Shown one piece after another: positions 14,805 to 29,524 of a stretch of DNA of 64,000 nucleotides; position 1 is the stretch's first letter, and every line of letters begins with the position of its first letter. The stretch is taken from assembly GCA_951406725.2 (NCBI GenBank), contig OX597821.1:96100001-96164000 (forward strand). The letters run 5' to 3'. The stretch is from Octopus vulgaris (Eukaryota). The notes under the pieces are model-generated. The model did not search any database and was not told the DNA's origin. It saw only the letters and a list, made by a program, of their open reading frames with translations. A program made the position numbers and the translations under genes.

Positions 14805-15694
14805 CAAAGTTTTCCTTGAAGAAACAAAATAGAACAGTGAAAGCCTTCGCCGTTTCTCAATGGTTCTTTAACAAATTTCGGAGGGAGATCAAGATGCAGT
14901 CAGAATAATGTATGAACACAGAAATCCCAATCTCACATCCTTTGACGTAAGGAAATGATAAGTTAAGGAGGGAGATGTAGAGATACAGGAGTCTGAAATT
15001 GCTTCTGTGTGTGTATGTGTGCACGGTTATGTGTGTGCTTGCATTTGTGAGATGCGCGAGTGTGTTTCTTACATCAAAAGCCGACAATAACCTTGACTTG
15101 CTGCCTGGGTAGTCTGAATAGCCTGGCCCAGGGAGAAACTCAGAGTAGACTGTCAAATTATACCGTAACACTGGGTTACACATTTTCACAAACGTTTTGG
15201 TTGCCTTATTGTTTTGAGTGATTCCAATGCAGAATTTTGTGCTGATTCCAAAAATGTGTTTATATTTTTTCTACCACCGACCGTTTGTGAGATATATCGA
15301 ATTATATTAATTTACACATATCATCATACATCATATATCATCATACATCCTGTATCATACATCATACATCATACATCGTACCTTATACATCATACATAGT
15401 TCATAATACATCATACATCATACATCACATCATCATGTACACAAACCATCATACATCTGGCAACTGCCTGTGTAAACAAAAGCTCTAACATCACTTGATC
15501 ACAGCTGTTGCGTGACGTAACATATATATACTGTTTGAATTAGAAGTGGTATACAGGTTTTGTATATTAAGAATGAAAGGTAGTCGGAATTTTGAGTAAT
15601 ATTTATTTAGGGCTTTCATCTAGTTTCAGAGATTGCCGATGAATCTTTCATCCATGAAATTCTGACTACCTCTTTTTCTTTATATTATATTATT

Positions 15695-15763
<69 letters not shown>

Positions 15764-15789
15764 GTATATATATATGTATGTGTGTATAT

Positions 15790-15985
15790 ATATTCGCCAT
15801 GATAGATCGCTAGCCACTACACATTCTTTATTTTCTCTCCTTGTTTCTTTCTGTGTTCTTTTCTGTGGAAAAGCGTAGGTTCGAAACGTTAAAGACTTTT
15901 TCACTTCCCGAGCGTTAAATTAATACATCTGCTTGTTGTCTACACCACCTGTCTTTTTCTTCTGCTTTTTTGTGAATTCTCCCTA
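15790..15985 (+). mobile_element. Family F pLTR-like repeat (hammerhead-like motif at 15857-15895)
   Basis: ctgtggaaaagcgtaggttcgaaacgttaaagacttt...gagcgttaaattaatac shared with the other two copies; TA repeats on both sides. Confidence 0.7.
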
Positions 15986-16890
15986 TATATAATAAATTTT
16001 CAGGAGACAGAATACCTAACAGGCACACGCATATATTAGCTAATAGCGTTGGTATTATTCACGTATTACGTTTTCATGACAACCCATTAATGTCGTTATG
16101 AACGGTTTTCAGGCCAAATATGCAAAGGCAAAATTATCAATCATCAATAATTGCCGAATAGAAAAGTATGGCATGGGCATTTTGCTACAGGAGGTCAGGG
16201 AACTTTACATCCGGTTTATGAGTCTCAAAATTGCTGAGAATGACCGAGAGGAAAATTATGGACGAAAATATACATCCACAAGTGACAGAACAAAAGAACA
16301 AGGCAAACAAGACTGGCTCTTAAACCTTTGAAGTCCTTAACCTTGAAGTCTTAAACCTTAGCCAGTGACCACATGCACGTATGCAAAGGGATAATGATCC
16401 ACCCCAATTTTACGTGAAATTTTATTGTAGGTTGAAGAAAGATTAAGTGTGAGGTGGATGGGTAAGACAAAAGATAAAGAATGAAAGAGGTACGGGGAAG
16501 TTGGCGGTGGTGGGAGGTAAAACAAATGCTTATTTTTTTAAAGAAATGTGTATAAATCTAGGATGCGTATTCTTTTTTTAAGAAGTGTATGTGTATAAGT
16601 CTATATGTATAAAATGATGGGTGTGTAGGGAAAATAATTTTTATCACGATGGAAGTAACGATGCTTCCATCGTAATAGAATATCAATGCCTAGAGCGCAA
16701 CTTGGTAATAATGCATCTTGCCATAGTTCTAAATTTGCAATAAGATGGAGGCGGCTGGCCGAATGGATCCTTAGAACTTTCAGAACGAGAGAACAAGAAA
16801 CCATGAAGGTCCTCTGGAGGACATTTGCTCTTGCTGCTTAGAGTATTGCTCCCAACTATGTTTACACGCACGCACACACACAGAGACACA

Positions 16891-16930
<40 letters not shown>

Positions 16931-16978
16931 CATACGTACATACATAAATATACATTTGTAAAAATATATATTATCTAA

Positions 16979-17043
<65 letters not shown>

Positions 17044-18113
17044 CCTCTTTCTATCTATTTGCGCGTGTTAGTGTGTGCGCGTGTGAGTGCATATATGTGT
17101 GCATCTAACGAGAGAAATCCAGAAAGGCAGAAGTAATAAAAATGATTCGAGGTTTTAGTTTTCTTTCTCCATCGATCTTTTATTTCGCAATAAAAGGGTA
17201 AAGCTAAATAAATAAATTAGAAAAATATCAAAACCAAGAGAGAACAAAATACAGCTAAATTAATGAATGTAATTATCGAAAACATGAATAAAAATTGACC
17301 CGTCATTTATCTTCTTCCATGGGTGAGGGGCAGTTATTTGCAGACACGCACTCTCATGCATATATACAGAATACTTATTAAAAAACAAAAACAAAATAAA
17401 CCCTTTATTTCATTTCTAGATATATAAATAAATTCAACAATCTCTGTTTTGATTTCTGATGTTTTAAGCATGATGTAGAACGAATTACTTCTAGAATTTT
17501 CTACCAATCATATTTGTCTATTAAGAAACTATAAATGATGAAACTACTAAATATCCATACGTTAAGATGTACATCGATTGTAATATTGGTAATGGTGGCC
17601 ATGTTGGTCATGTGTATGATAGTGTTTGTGAGTGTGGGTACATATTATGTATTTTGATTTTCTTATTTAATATTACGAAGAATTTGACGTAAAGAAAAAT
17701 TGTCTATTCAAGCATGTAATAACCTATTTGTTCGTACGCACTTGCGCATATAATCATACATACACGCATACATATCCACATACAATTTTTATTTCATTTA
17801 TGTAATAACACTTATTAGATGTAAAAAATTAAATATAATTTCCAATCAATAACACAGACACTCTCTCACATACACGCACACTTGCACACACACAAGCACA
17901 CATCCTTACTACTATTGGCACAAGGCCTTAAATCTTGTGGGGTGGGGTTAGTCAATTACATCGATGTCAGTGCTCAACGGGTCCTTATTTTATCGAGTCT
18001 GAAAGGCTCAAAAGCAAATTCGACTTCGGCGGAATTTGATCTCGGAACATTAAGATAGACGAGATGCCGCTATGCATTTTGTCCGGCCTTCTAACAATTT
18101 TGTCAGATCGTCA

Positions 18114-18196
<83 letters not shown>

Positions 18197-18307
18197 GTGT
18201 GTGTGTGTATGTATGTATGTACGCATATATGCGTGTATGAATGTATATTTGAGGAAAACGAAAAGAAGTAACATTCAACATACGCACGCGCGCGCGCGCA
18301 CACACGC

Positions 18308-18343
<36 letters not shown>

Positions 18344-18355
18344 GTATATATGAAA

Positions 18356-18586
18356 GCGGCGAGCTGGCAGAAACGTTAGCACGCCGGGCGAAATGCTTAG
18401 CGGTATTTCGTCTGCGTTACGTTGTGAGTTCAAATTCCGCCGAGGTCGACTTTGCCTTTCATCCTTTCGGGGTCGATAAATTAAGTACCAGTTATGCACT
18501 GGCGTCAATATAATTGACTTAATATCTATGTCTGTCCTTGTTTGTCCCCTCTATGTTTAGCCCCTTGTGGGTAATAAAGAAATAGG
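18356..18586 (+). mobile_element. SINE family B (Deu/Nin-like central domain)
   Basis: gagttcaaattccgccgaggtcgactttgcctttcatcctttcggggtcgataaattaagtaccag. Older copies at about 1083-1280, 17905-18110, 26310-26520 and 28258-28720 (all minus). Confidence 0.85.
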
Positions 18587-18928
18587 TATATAATATGAAA
18601 GCAAGCGGCCTAGTGGTTAGGGCGCTGCACTTACGAACACGGGATCATAGCTTCGATTCCCGGACCGGGCCATGCGTTCTGTTCTTGAACAAAACACTTC
18701 GTCTCACGTTGCTCTGCGATCACTTCGACACCTGACCTGTGATAAACCTTTCACCTGTACAGGCAGTGTCGATCGGATGGAGGGAGTGGGTTAATGCACA
18801 GCACAAACATTTGATCACTATAAGCAAATCATCTGTGTTTGCAATTCAGCAAGGAAATGCAGAACATTTCAGCAGTCGTACACGACAGGAGATTCCAACG
18901 TATGATCATTGAAAACAACAAAAATGTT

Positions 18929-19250
18929 ACTCCGTCGGCTACGACGACGAGCGTTCCAGTTGATCTGATCAACGGAACAGCCTGCTCGTGAAATTAACGA
19001 GCAAAGTGGCTGAGCACTCCACAGACACGCACACCCTTAATGTAGTTCTCAGGGATATTCAGCGTGATACAGAATGTGGTAGGGCTGGCCGTTTTGAATT
19101 ACAGGTACAAATCACTTTTGCGAGGTGAGTGAACCGGAGCAACGGGAAATAAAATATTTTGCTTAAAGACACAATCCGCGGCCAGGATCCGAACTCATGA
19201 CCTTACGATCGTGAGTTGAATACCCTGACCACTAAGCCAGGCACCTTCAC
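18929..19250 (-). mobile_element. SINE family D
   Basis: Reverse-complement similarity to 10523-10818 and to the family C tail. Confidence 0.75.
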
Positions 19251-19357
19251 GTTAGGAACGTCACTGCAGTAGACATTTACAGTATATCTGTATTGAGAAC
19301 ACTGTTTCTACTTATGATTGTAAGCTTAAACGTTTGCACTCACACACACACACGAGC

Positions 19358-19403
<46 letters not shown>

Positions 19404-19514
19404 CACACAAACACACACAGTATACAAACACACGCAAGAATATATAAACACACATATATATAATCGGTTAATGACTTTTCAAAATTTTATGAATTCTCTT
19501 TCAGACTACCGCTG

Positions 19515-19545
<31 letters not shown>

Positions 19546-19600
19546 TATACATGCATACGTACTTATGTATGTACCTAAGTATATCCAGACACAGGTACAA

Positions 19601-19646
<46 letters not shown>

Positions 19647-19914
19647 TAGACATAAACATACGCACATAACATTTGTGTACATACTAAACTTTATAAGACT
19701 GTTTGTGCCTACATCCGTGTCTATCAGCGTCTACGTTAGTGTGTGTGTGTACATATGTGTGTGTGTGTGTGTGTGTATGACTGTGTGTGTCTGTGAGAAT
19801 GTCTGTGTATACCTGTATTGGGTTACACGTTTTGTTATTTTGTATAGAACATAAACAGGAATCAGACACAATAACGGCTTGGATTCCAGCCGCTATCGAT
19901 CGATCAATCAATTG

Positions 19915-19976
<62 letters not shown>

Positions 19977-20094
19977 CATCATGATCATCATCATCAACAT
20001 CATGATCATCACGATCATGAAAATGGAAAAGTCAATCTGAACAAAAGAAAAAAGATTACAATGAAACAAAAATTAAAAAAAAGATAATAAAAAA

Positions 20095-20585
<491 letters not shown>

Positions 20586-21310
20586 CTTTAACGGAATGAG
20601 ATCGAAAGAGCACTATTAATATTTATAGAGAATTTTACTGTTTGTATTTTTTTTGTTTTTTTTTGCAGTGGTCGCTGTTGTTTTATCAACGTATAGGGGT
20701 GTGTCTGTCTGTCTGCATGTATGTATGTATGTATGTATGTATGTCGTAAGTGTGTGTGTATATGCATGTATGTGTGTATATGCATGTATGTGTGTGCATG
20801 TATGTGTGGATCTTATATTCTATTATTAGCTGCAAACTACCAATGAAAAGTTCGAGCTTTCGTCTTTGAGTGCGAGATGTGATGTATTAAAAATCGTCTG
20901 ATGCAAACTGGTTCTGACTAGCTTTACATTGTCAGTAGCAAACACACAAGCCAATAGCAATCACTACGGCCTGTTACGCGAAGCATCAAGAGGACTTCTA
21001 TATGGTCGTTCGACCTACTAGAAATAGTAGGAAAATTACTTTCGGACCACACCGGATCATGTTTAAAGAGGGATGATGCATTCAATAATGGCATACTGGT
21101 ATGCTGTCGTTGATAACAATAAAACTAGGGCGAAAAACAACGAAGTGCTATTTTGAGAATGAGTTTTATCGTATGTTTGTTTGATCATGACCAATGTCAA
21201 CCTTGAACTAAAAGACAACAATAATAACTAGCATACTACCTTGCCCTCATGTGTATGTGAGTGTGTGCGTGTGTGTGTGCGTGTAATGTATATATATATA
21301 TATGTGGAAT

Positions 21311-21683
21311 GTGGAAGCACTCCGTCGGTTCCGACGACGAGGGTTCCGGTTGATCCGATCAACGGAACAGCCTGCTCGTGAAAATTAACGTGTAAGTGGC
21401 TGAGCACTCCACAGACACGTGTACCCTTAACGAGTTCTCGGGGATATTCAGCGTGACACAGAGAGTGACAAGGCCGGCCCTTTGAAATACAGGTACAACA
21501 TAAACAGGAAGTAAGAGTGAGAGAAAGTTGTGGTGAAAGAGTACAGCAGGGATCACCACCATCCCCTGCCGGAGCCTCGTGGAGCTTTAGGTGTTTTCGC
21601 TCAATAAACACTCACAATGCCCGGTCTGGGAATCGAAACCGCGATCCCACGACCGCGAGTTCGCTGCCCTAACCACTGGGCCA
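21311..21683 (-). mobile_element. SINE family C
   Basis: Reverse complement of 7990-8363. Confidence 0.9.
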
Positions 21684-21710
21684 TATATATATACATATAT
21701 ATATATATAT

Positions 21711-21996
21711 CACGTGACCGACCAGACCATCAGATGTTGTTACACATCGCTGGTCACAATGCGTTCGCATTGTTTTTTTTAGCCTTCGAATGACGCCACA
21801 CCGCTGGCTAAGCGAGCAGGCCAACAGAAGAAAGAGTGGTGAAAGAGTACAGCAGGGATCACCCCCCCCCCTGCTGGAGCCTCGTGGAGCTTTTAGGTTT
21901 TTTCGCTCAATAAACACTGACAACGTCTGGGAATCGAAACCGCGATCCTGCGACCGCGAGTCCGCTGCCCTAACCACTAGGTCATTGCGCCTCCAC
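21711..21996 (-). mobile_element. SINE family C head with an alternative 3' tail
   Basis: Head 21996-21826 matches family C. Tail 21825-21711 matches orphan pieces at 10284-10400 and 1305-1370. Confidence 0.82.
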
Positions 21997-22448
21997 TATA
22001 TATAGTAGAAATACGTGGAAATGTAAGGTTAAAATATAAAAAATCAACGAAAATGCATATTGTAGATATAAAAAGGCTATTTATGACAGGTAGTGACAAA
22101 TATATACATTTAGAGTATTACTAGTCAAAAAGGTCATTACTATTGATGATTATAAGAAGTTAATAATAATAATAATAATAAGGTAAGAGACTGAAACGAA
22201 CTAATTGGTTTTCGCGTTAGCTATTCATCGTATATATACATATATATATATATATACACAAACACAATAAGTGTGTCTGCGTATGTATAAGTGAGTGGAC
22301 AAACGAAAGTGTCACTCAAGACATTTGGTGGGAGTTACATATACTTTTAACAATAGCTTAACTCAACTCCGTATGAGTTAAGGTTTCGTAGGCGCCTAGG
22401 ATGCGTAGGCGCCTATTTTGTTCCATTAGTTCTACACGTTTACATTTT

Positions 22449-22670
22449 AATCTGTTTCTTTATTACCCACAACGGGCTAAATATAGAGGGGACAAACGGA
22501 TTTAGTCGAGTACGTCGGCTCCAGTGCGTAACTGGTACTTAATTTATCGACCCCGAAAGGATGAAAGGCAAAGTCCACCTCGGCGTAATTGGAACTCAGA
22601 ACGTAATGGCAGACGAAATACGGCTACGCATTTCGCCCAGCGTGCTAACGTTTCTGCCAGCTCGCCGCCT
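22449..22670 (-). mobile_element. SINE family B inserted at the mariner 3' end with a 16-bp TSD
   Basis: TSD tacacgtttacatttt (22433-22448) and tacatgtttacatttt (22671-22686). Confidence 0.88.
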
Positions 22671-22686
22671 TACATGTTTACATTTT

Positions 22687-23503
22687 TATCGCCTTCAAAT
22701 TATTCTTCATCTGAAGCAATGAACGGTCCAGGTGCGTTTTCCACTATTCGAAGCAGTCCTGGAACTCTTGCGAAGTGATGCTTTTTAACGCTTCCGTCGT
22801 TTTTTCCTTCACCTTCTCCACATCTGTAAATTCCATAGCACCAGATTTCGTCACCACTGATGCCTTTCAAAAAAAGGTCCGGATCAACTTACAACTGTTC
22901 TTTCAGTTCACGACACGCATTCAGTCGTGACTGCTTTTGATCTTCCGTGAGCAAGCGAAGCATAAAATTTGCTGCAGCTCTTTTCATTCGCAATTCCTCG
23001 CCCCAGAACTAGATATGATATGACTAGGAGCTCCGGAACACACCAGTCATATCAAGTTCGTCAGTTGTTCGTTGATGGTCCTTCAAGATTAGTTCATGAA
23101 TATTCGTGATGTTTTTATTCGTTCGGGAGGTCGACGTTCGCCGTAAAGGAGGTTGGTCGTCAAGCGACGAGTGACCATTTCTAAAGCGTGGAAATTACTC
23201 ATAAACTTGAGTTTTGTTCATGGCAGCGTCCTTGTAAGCTGTTTGAAGCATGACAACTGTTTAAGCCGCTGTTTTCCTCAGCAGGAAACAGAATTTCACG
23301 GAAGCACGTTTTTCTTTTCGTTTCTCTCAACACAAAAATTGACTAACAGGCGAGAAGCGCTGCAAAACAAAGACACAGTACATGACATTACGAGTACACT
23401 CGATACCACCGTCGCATCAAGTGGCTTCTAGCGGCAGAACCCTGAACTACAACGGGTTTGCCCCACAGAGAACGTTTCCGGTTAATTTTCGGTACCCACC
23501 TCG
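22687..23503 (-). mobile_element. Decayed, internally deleted mariner transposon
   Basis: RASVKFCFLLRKTA, AYKDAAMNKTQVYE, MKRAAANFMLRLLTEDQK (WVPxxL-like), SGDEIWCYG, EFQDCFE*WK...FEGD. TIR-like end cgaggtgggtaccgaaaattaaccgg at 23503-23478. Confidence 0.85.
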
Positions 23504-24088
23504 ATTATATCATATCATTACATATTTTTGTGATACTATTTATTTTTCTCATGATGTTTTTATTTACTGGAATAGTTTTACCTTATTTTTTTGTTTTTGA
23601 TAGGTGTGGAAATAATTATTTATTGTTCGACATCAATACAAAGCATAGTGTGAAAGTTTTAATCCAGTAGAGGCTTAGTATTCTGTTATATTCTGTGAAG
23701 TATTATGAAATAATTACATCTACCAACAACAAAGGTAAATTATTCTACTAGATGAAAGCATCAAGAAAATAATGTCATATGAATGATGTACATAGAAATA
23801 CTATATTCAGGGCACAAAAAAAGAAGAAAAAATTGTTAGATATTCTGAATCAAAACGAAAAAAACTGAAGACTTTCATTACCACTTCTGAGAGAAAAGCT
23901 TTCGGCCATTGATCAGAGATGGGAAAAATACAAGTATGGATGTTTGTACGTGCATGTATATATGAATTTACGCATCTATGCATATGTTTGTATATATATG
24001 TGTATATATATATACTCTCTCACACACACATATATATATGTATATATGCATGTATGTGTATATGTATGTATGCATGCATGTATGCGTG

Positions 24089-24135
<47 letters not shown>

Positions 24136-24755
24136 TCATGGATATACTCATGAATATTTACAAGCTTATATTCACACATACGAGTATGTATGAATGTAAG
24201 TTTGTATATGTATGTGTGTGTATGCATATATGTCTGTGTATTGTGCATTTTTACATGCTGGGTTTTGGCGATGAAGGGACAGTGCAGCGCTGTATTTGCA
24301 AGAACTCTTAGACCAGCAAAGTTTTTGCCATTAATATTCCTCCTGAACCTTTGCAAACCAACAGTTGAGTGGAAGATATAAATTAGGAGGGAAGGCTGAC
24401 GTTTTGGGAAAGAAGGACTAGATGCAGTGATTAGGGGTTGATGAAGGGCGCCAGATGCAACAAAAGTGATGAGAGGAAGAGTAACGAGTGGAACGGTAGT
24501 ATCTGAACGGAGATAGCTTGAGTCCAGCTTGATCCAAAGAGCAAACACCGTCATGATTGTTGCAGAAAAGGTAGAGAGAGGCGACAACGCACTTGCGAAC
24601 CAGAGGCTGGATGTGCTCTTGATTGACTGTATTCCAATTATTCGGGGATGGGAATGGGGGCGTATGTTTGTATGTGTTTAGATAAGAGCGTATGATAAAG
24701 AGATTTATTTAAAATACATGTAGATTTTGAACACAGTCAACGATTCCTGCAAAGA

Positions 24756-25044
<289 letters not shown>

Positions 25045-25805
25045 CCATAATAGCAATTGTTTAGTTTTAGCTGTAGGTCAGTCTTGATTAAGCAGATCTA
25101 TGACCAAATAATGTATTCCAGAAGTGACCCTCCCGTATTTCTGGTGTGTATTGAAGGCTTTGTTGTCGGAAGATATTGTCATCTCTTTTTTAAAACAGCA
25201 GAGTATGATTAGAGAATATTTGACTGTTATTTCTAGCGAACTGAGCAGCCCGATGGATGGATGGATGATCTGTTGTTGTGTCTATATAAGCAGTATATTT
25301 AAAACAATAAATCGCTGGATGAAATTAGTAGCAGAGGAGAGGGACGAGGAGAACACGAGGAGGAGGAAGAAGTGGAGGAGGACGGGGTGGAGGAGATGAT
25401 CCATAGCATTAATGTTTGAAGCAAATCAATGAATGCAGCATTTAAGGCATTCCTCAGCAGCAGTGGGAGCTGCTCATTAATGCGCTTTATTCGCTTTATG
25501 CTGCAGTGGCGACGGTTGGGCTATAAGCGACCAGCGTTCTACATACGTCACACATGGTCAATAACCGCACTGGATGGCTGCTCCAACAAAGTGATGTTTA
25601 GTAATACCGAGCAAGAAAGAATAATAACAATTTCAATACAATACTATAGATTGATTTTTGATAGAGAAAACAATCGATTATATCGACTTCCGTACTTGAC
25701 TTGGTACTTTATGTTTATACCCTTTTTTTCTGGCATAGTAGGGAGGGTGCCGCGATGACATAAACAGTACTTCGCCATTTTAAACCTGACGTAACCATTT
25801 CTATA

Positions 25806-26213
25806 GGCGTAGGAGTGGCTGTGTGGTAAGTAGCTTACTTACCAACCTCATGGTTCAGGGTTCAGTCCCACTGCGTGGCACCTTGGGCAAGTGCCTTCTA
25901 CTATAGCCTCGGGACGACCAAAGCCTTGTGAGTGGATCTGGTAGACGGAAACTGAAAGAAGACCGTCGTATATATGTATATATATGCGTGTGTGTGTGTG
26001 TTTGTGTGTCTGTGTTTGTCCCCCCAACATCGCTTGACAACCGATGCTGGTGTGTTTACGTCTCCGAAACTTAGCGGTTCAGCAAAAGATACCGATAGAA
26101 TAAGTACTAGGCTTACAAAGAATAAGTCCTGGGGTCGATTTGCTCGACTAAAAAGGTGGTGCTCCAGCATGGCCACAGTCAAATGACTGAAACAAATAAA
26201 AGAGTAAAAGAGT
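25806..26213 (+). mobile_element. SINE family A
   Basis: Colinear with 4260-4673. Confidence 0.9.
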
Positions 26214-26519
26214 AACAATCGATTCGGGGAAAGAGAGGGAAGGAGAGGAGAATAAGGAGAAGAGAAGGTGGAGGAAGAAATAGTGGTAGGAGTAAAATAG
26301 TTATAGCAATAATTTCAAATTTTAGCATACGGCCAGCGATTTCGGGAATGGGGTAAATCGATTACATCGATCTCATTGCTCAACTAGTATTCATTTTGTC
26401 GGCTCTGAAAAGATGAAAGGCAAAGTCGACCTCGGTGGAATTTAGGCTCAGAATGTGAAGACGGACGAAATGCCGCTAGGCATTCTGACCCGGAGTTTTA
26501 ATGATTTTGCCAGCTCACT

Positions 26520-26554
<35 letters not shown>

Positions 26555-26588
26555 TAATGATAATAATAATAATAATAAAAAAATAATG

Positions 26589-26644
<56 letters not shown>

Positions 26645-27082
26645 TGGCCTTAACCAGTTGAGCATGTCCCTTAGTGGCTGACGATATGTGCATCTCTGAT
26701 CACGAGCAGAAGTAGTGGGGGAGCATCATAGCCATGTGTTCAGAGGAATTCTTTGGGGCTTGGATAATTCACCTTTGGAAACATGGGTGTTTCGTTCAAC
26801 ATCGTTAAACAACCATTATTCAGGGACCTTTTGAGCGGGATGGGTTACTCGACCAGAAGAAAATTCTAAATGGGCCCCGCCTGCAAGGTCAAGTGTTGTT
26901 TATCTTGATATGAGATCACCATGTCGCGCACATATGGTTGCGATGCATGTGCTTAATGTACCCTTATCAGACGGGTAGTCATGATGAGTATAGTGGGTTT
27001 CATATATTTTACGCCAGTGTCACTTTGATGGCATGCACTGCCCTGTCAATCAATCAATAATAATAATAATAATAATAATAAT

Positions 27083-27895
27083 GAGGGTTTATCATAGCAG
27101 CTCAAGATCAATGCCTACCAACAAGGAACTACCAGGCCAACATATTAAAGAACGGCAGTAGCCCAACATGTCGTGTATGTCAACAACAAAATGAATCCAT
27201 TGACCATGTTGTCTGCAAGTGCAGTCTTCTTGCGCCTACAGAGTATCTCAACAGGCATCATAGAGCTGCACAATATATTCACTGAGTAATCTGCAAAAAC
27301 CTGGATTTGCCCCCCCCCCCCCCCAAAAAAAAATTGAAAGTGACCACATCTCGCTCCTCTGGAACTTCCCCATTCAAACTGACAGAAAGATAGATGCAAA
27401 TAGGCCAGACATCATATTGAAAGACTTCAAACAAAGAACATGCCTCCTCATTGATATGACTGTCCCAATCGATATAAACGTATCTGTCAAGACCTACCAA
27501 AAACTGAGCAAATATAAAGATCTTGAAATAGAAATCAGCAAAATGTGGAACCTGAAGACTAAAACAATACCTGTTGTCACAGGTGCCCTGGGAATGATAG
27601 CAAAAGGTATCTAACTTAGATACCAGGAAACCCCAAAATGGCAGAAATTCAAAAGATAGTGCTCATGGGAACTGCTCATATCCTACGCAAAATACTTTCT
27701 ATGTAATCTCAAGTTTTCGTTTTCTTTTCTTTTTTTTTAGACATTCACTAGTACAACACTAAATACAAAACCAAATATATGGCACACTAGGCATAACAAC
27801 AACACGAACTTCCAACCTGTTGTCTCTTGAGGTCTCTGGGTGAGACTTGGAGCCAACTTGTACAAATATAAAGCAAAAGTCAAACATAGAATAAT
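27083..27895 (+). mobile_element. 5'-truncated RLE LINE (R4/Dong-like) 3' fragment within (TAA)n
   Basis: FIIAAQDQCLPTRNY, CCHC knuckle CRVC...ESIDHVVCKC, RPDII...CLLIDMTVP..KLSKYKDL, IPVVTGALG. Contains stops and a deletion; (TAA)n on both sides. Confidence 0.88.
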
Positions 27896-28845
27896 AATTA
27901 TAATAGCAACAATAGTAATTATAATTTAACACCTGTTGTGCGATTCTGCTATCTTTTTTGTTAGTTTAAAATACTGAGTAAACACAGACATACACATACA
28001 CCTGTAAGCATATCATATACATACGCGCATGAACACACGTACGAATACACACACACACACACACACACACTTATACAAACACATATACATATGAACGCCC
28101 ATCACAACAAACACGCGACTACACACATGCATGGATAGCTTAAAACGGTTGGTACATGAGCGAACTCTTGTTCAATTTAAGTATTCATGTGGCAAGGTTT
28201 ACTAGAATGCATAACCAAAGTTTTCGGAAACTGAAAATGTAATGGTAATAATAATTCTTCGTACTACATGCAAAAGGCCTGATTTGTTTTCTTTTGTGTG
28301 GGTGTGTTCGGCTGGATGGGGTCGGGGGTGACATTTCAATTGCGTCGATTTGAGTTCAATGCTCCACTGGTACTTGTTTTATCAATCCGGAAAGGATGAA
28401 AGGCAAATTCGACGTTGGTGGAATTTGAACTCAGAACGTCATGTCGGGAAAAATGCCGCTAAGCATTTTGTCCAACGTGCTCACAATTCTACCTCTTCGT
28501 CACCATCTATATTAATAATAGTCTTTTTTTGATAAAGGCACAAAACCCGAAATTTGTGGGAAGGGGCTAGAGTATGGTTGGTATTTATTTTATCGATCCC
28601 AAAAGAATGAAAAGCAAAGTGGACCTCGGCAGAATTTTAGCACAGAATATAAAAACAACCGAAATGTTGCTAAGCATTCTGTCCGGCGTGGTAACGATAC
28701 TGCTTGCTCGATGCCTTCTTCAATAGTAATAATAATAAAATTAAAATTTGCAGGAACAGAGCATGTGATAAGTGATTGGTTGTGTCGCAGAGAAAATAAA
28801 AGTTAAAATGGTTAATAGTCAATATCAACACATGAGTTGCGCAAA

Positions 28846-28876
<31 letters not shown>

Positions 28877-29257
28877 TGTATGTATGTATGTATGTATGTA
28901 TGTACATGGTAAATATATATTTATATGGCTTGCTTCTGGTGGTCATTAACCATTAAAAGGAAGAGAATCTCTTGCTGGTTAAGCAAAGTAAAGTTGAAGA
29001 ACATTCATTTTTGACTTTTGATTTCAGTTTTTCCTCACATAAAATAAAACTGTTAAAGGTTTTAGGCGCTGGTAGCCCGAGCATAGTAGTACATCATCCT
29101 CCCTAAGAATCGTCGGTAGAGTATAACTCGCGTCACAAATAGACATTCTACACAAATACATACATACATACATACATACATACATACATACATACATACA
29201 TACATACATACATACATACATGCATGCATACATACATACATGCATACACACATACAT

Positions 29258-29500
29258 AAATGATGGCTGCCCCCTCGTTATCGAGTATGGCCATTGCACG
29301 AAGCTTAACTGTTATTGGTGCTGTGATCGAATGTGACTTTTTAGCCCAGCTAAAGATCTACAATGTCTCGTACAAAATTGGCAGCTAAAACCTTTACTGG
29401 CAGTAGTTGGCTGTAGTTGTAACTGGGCTTCATGTACCTTTGCATGTCGTTTAAGTCCTCCTGCCGAATTACACTCTCTTCCACATGCCTGACAGTTTAT
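29258..29500 (-). mobile_element. RTE-like LINE 3' end with two C2H2 zinc fingers and an (ATGT)n tail
   Basis: Minus strand CQACGRECNSAGGLKRHAKVH and CQFCTRHCRSLAGLKSHIRSQH, then a short UTR and (TATG)n at 29157-29257. Confidence 0.65.
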
Positions 29501-29524
29501 TATGAAACATTAGCCGGATCTCTA

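Noticed and set aside
23976-24587. 203-aa minus-strand ORF
   Set aside because: Half is microsatellite. The rest is at best a very old LINE remnant with no reliable motif.
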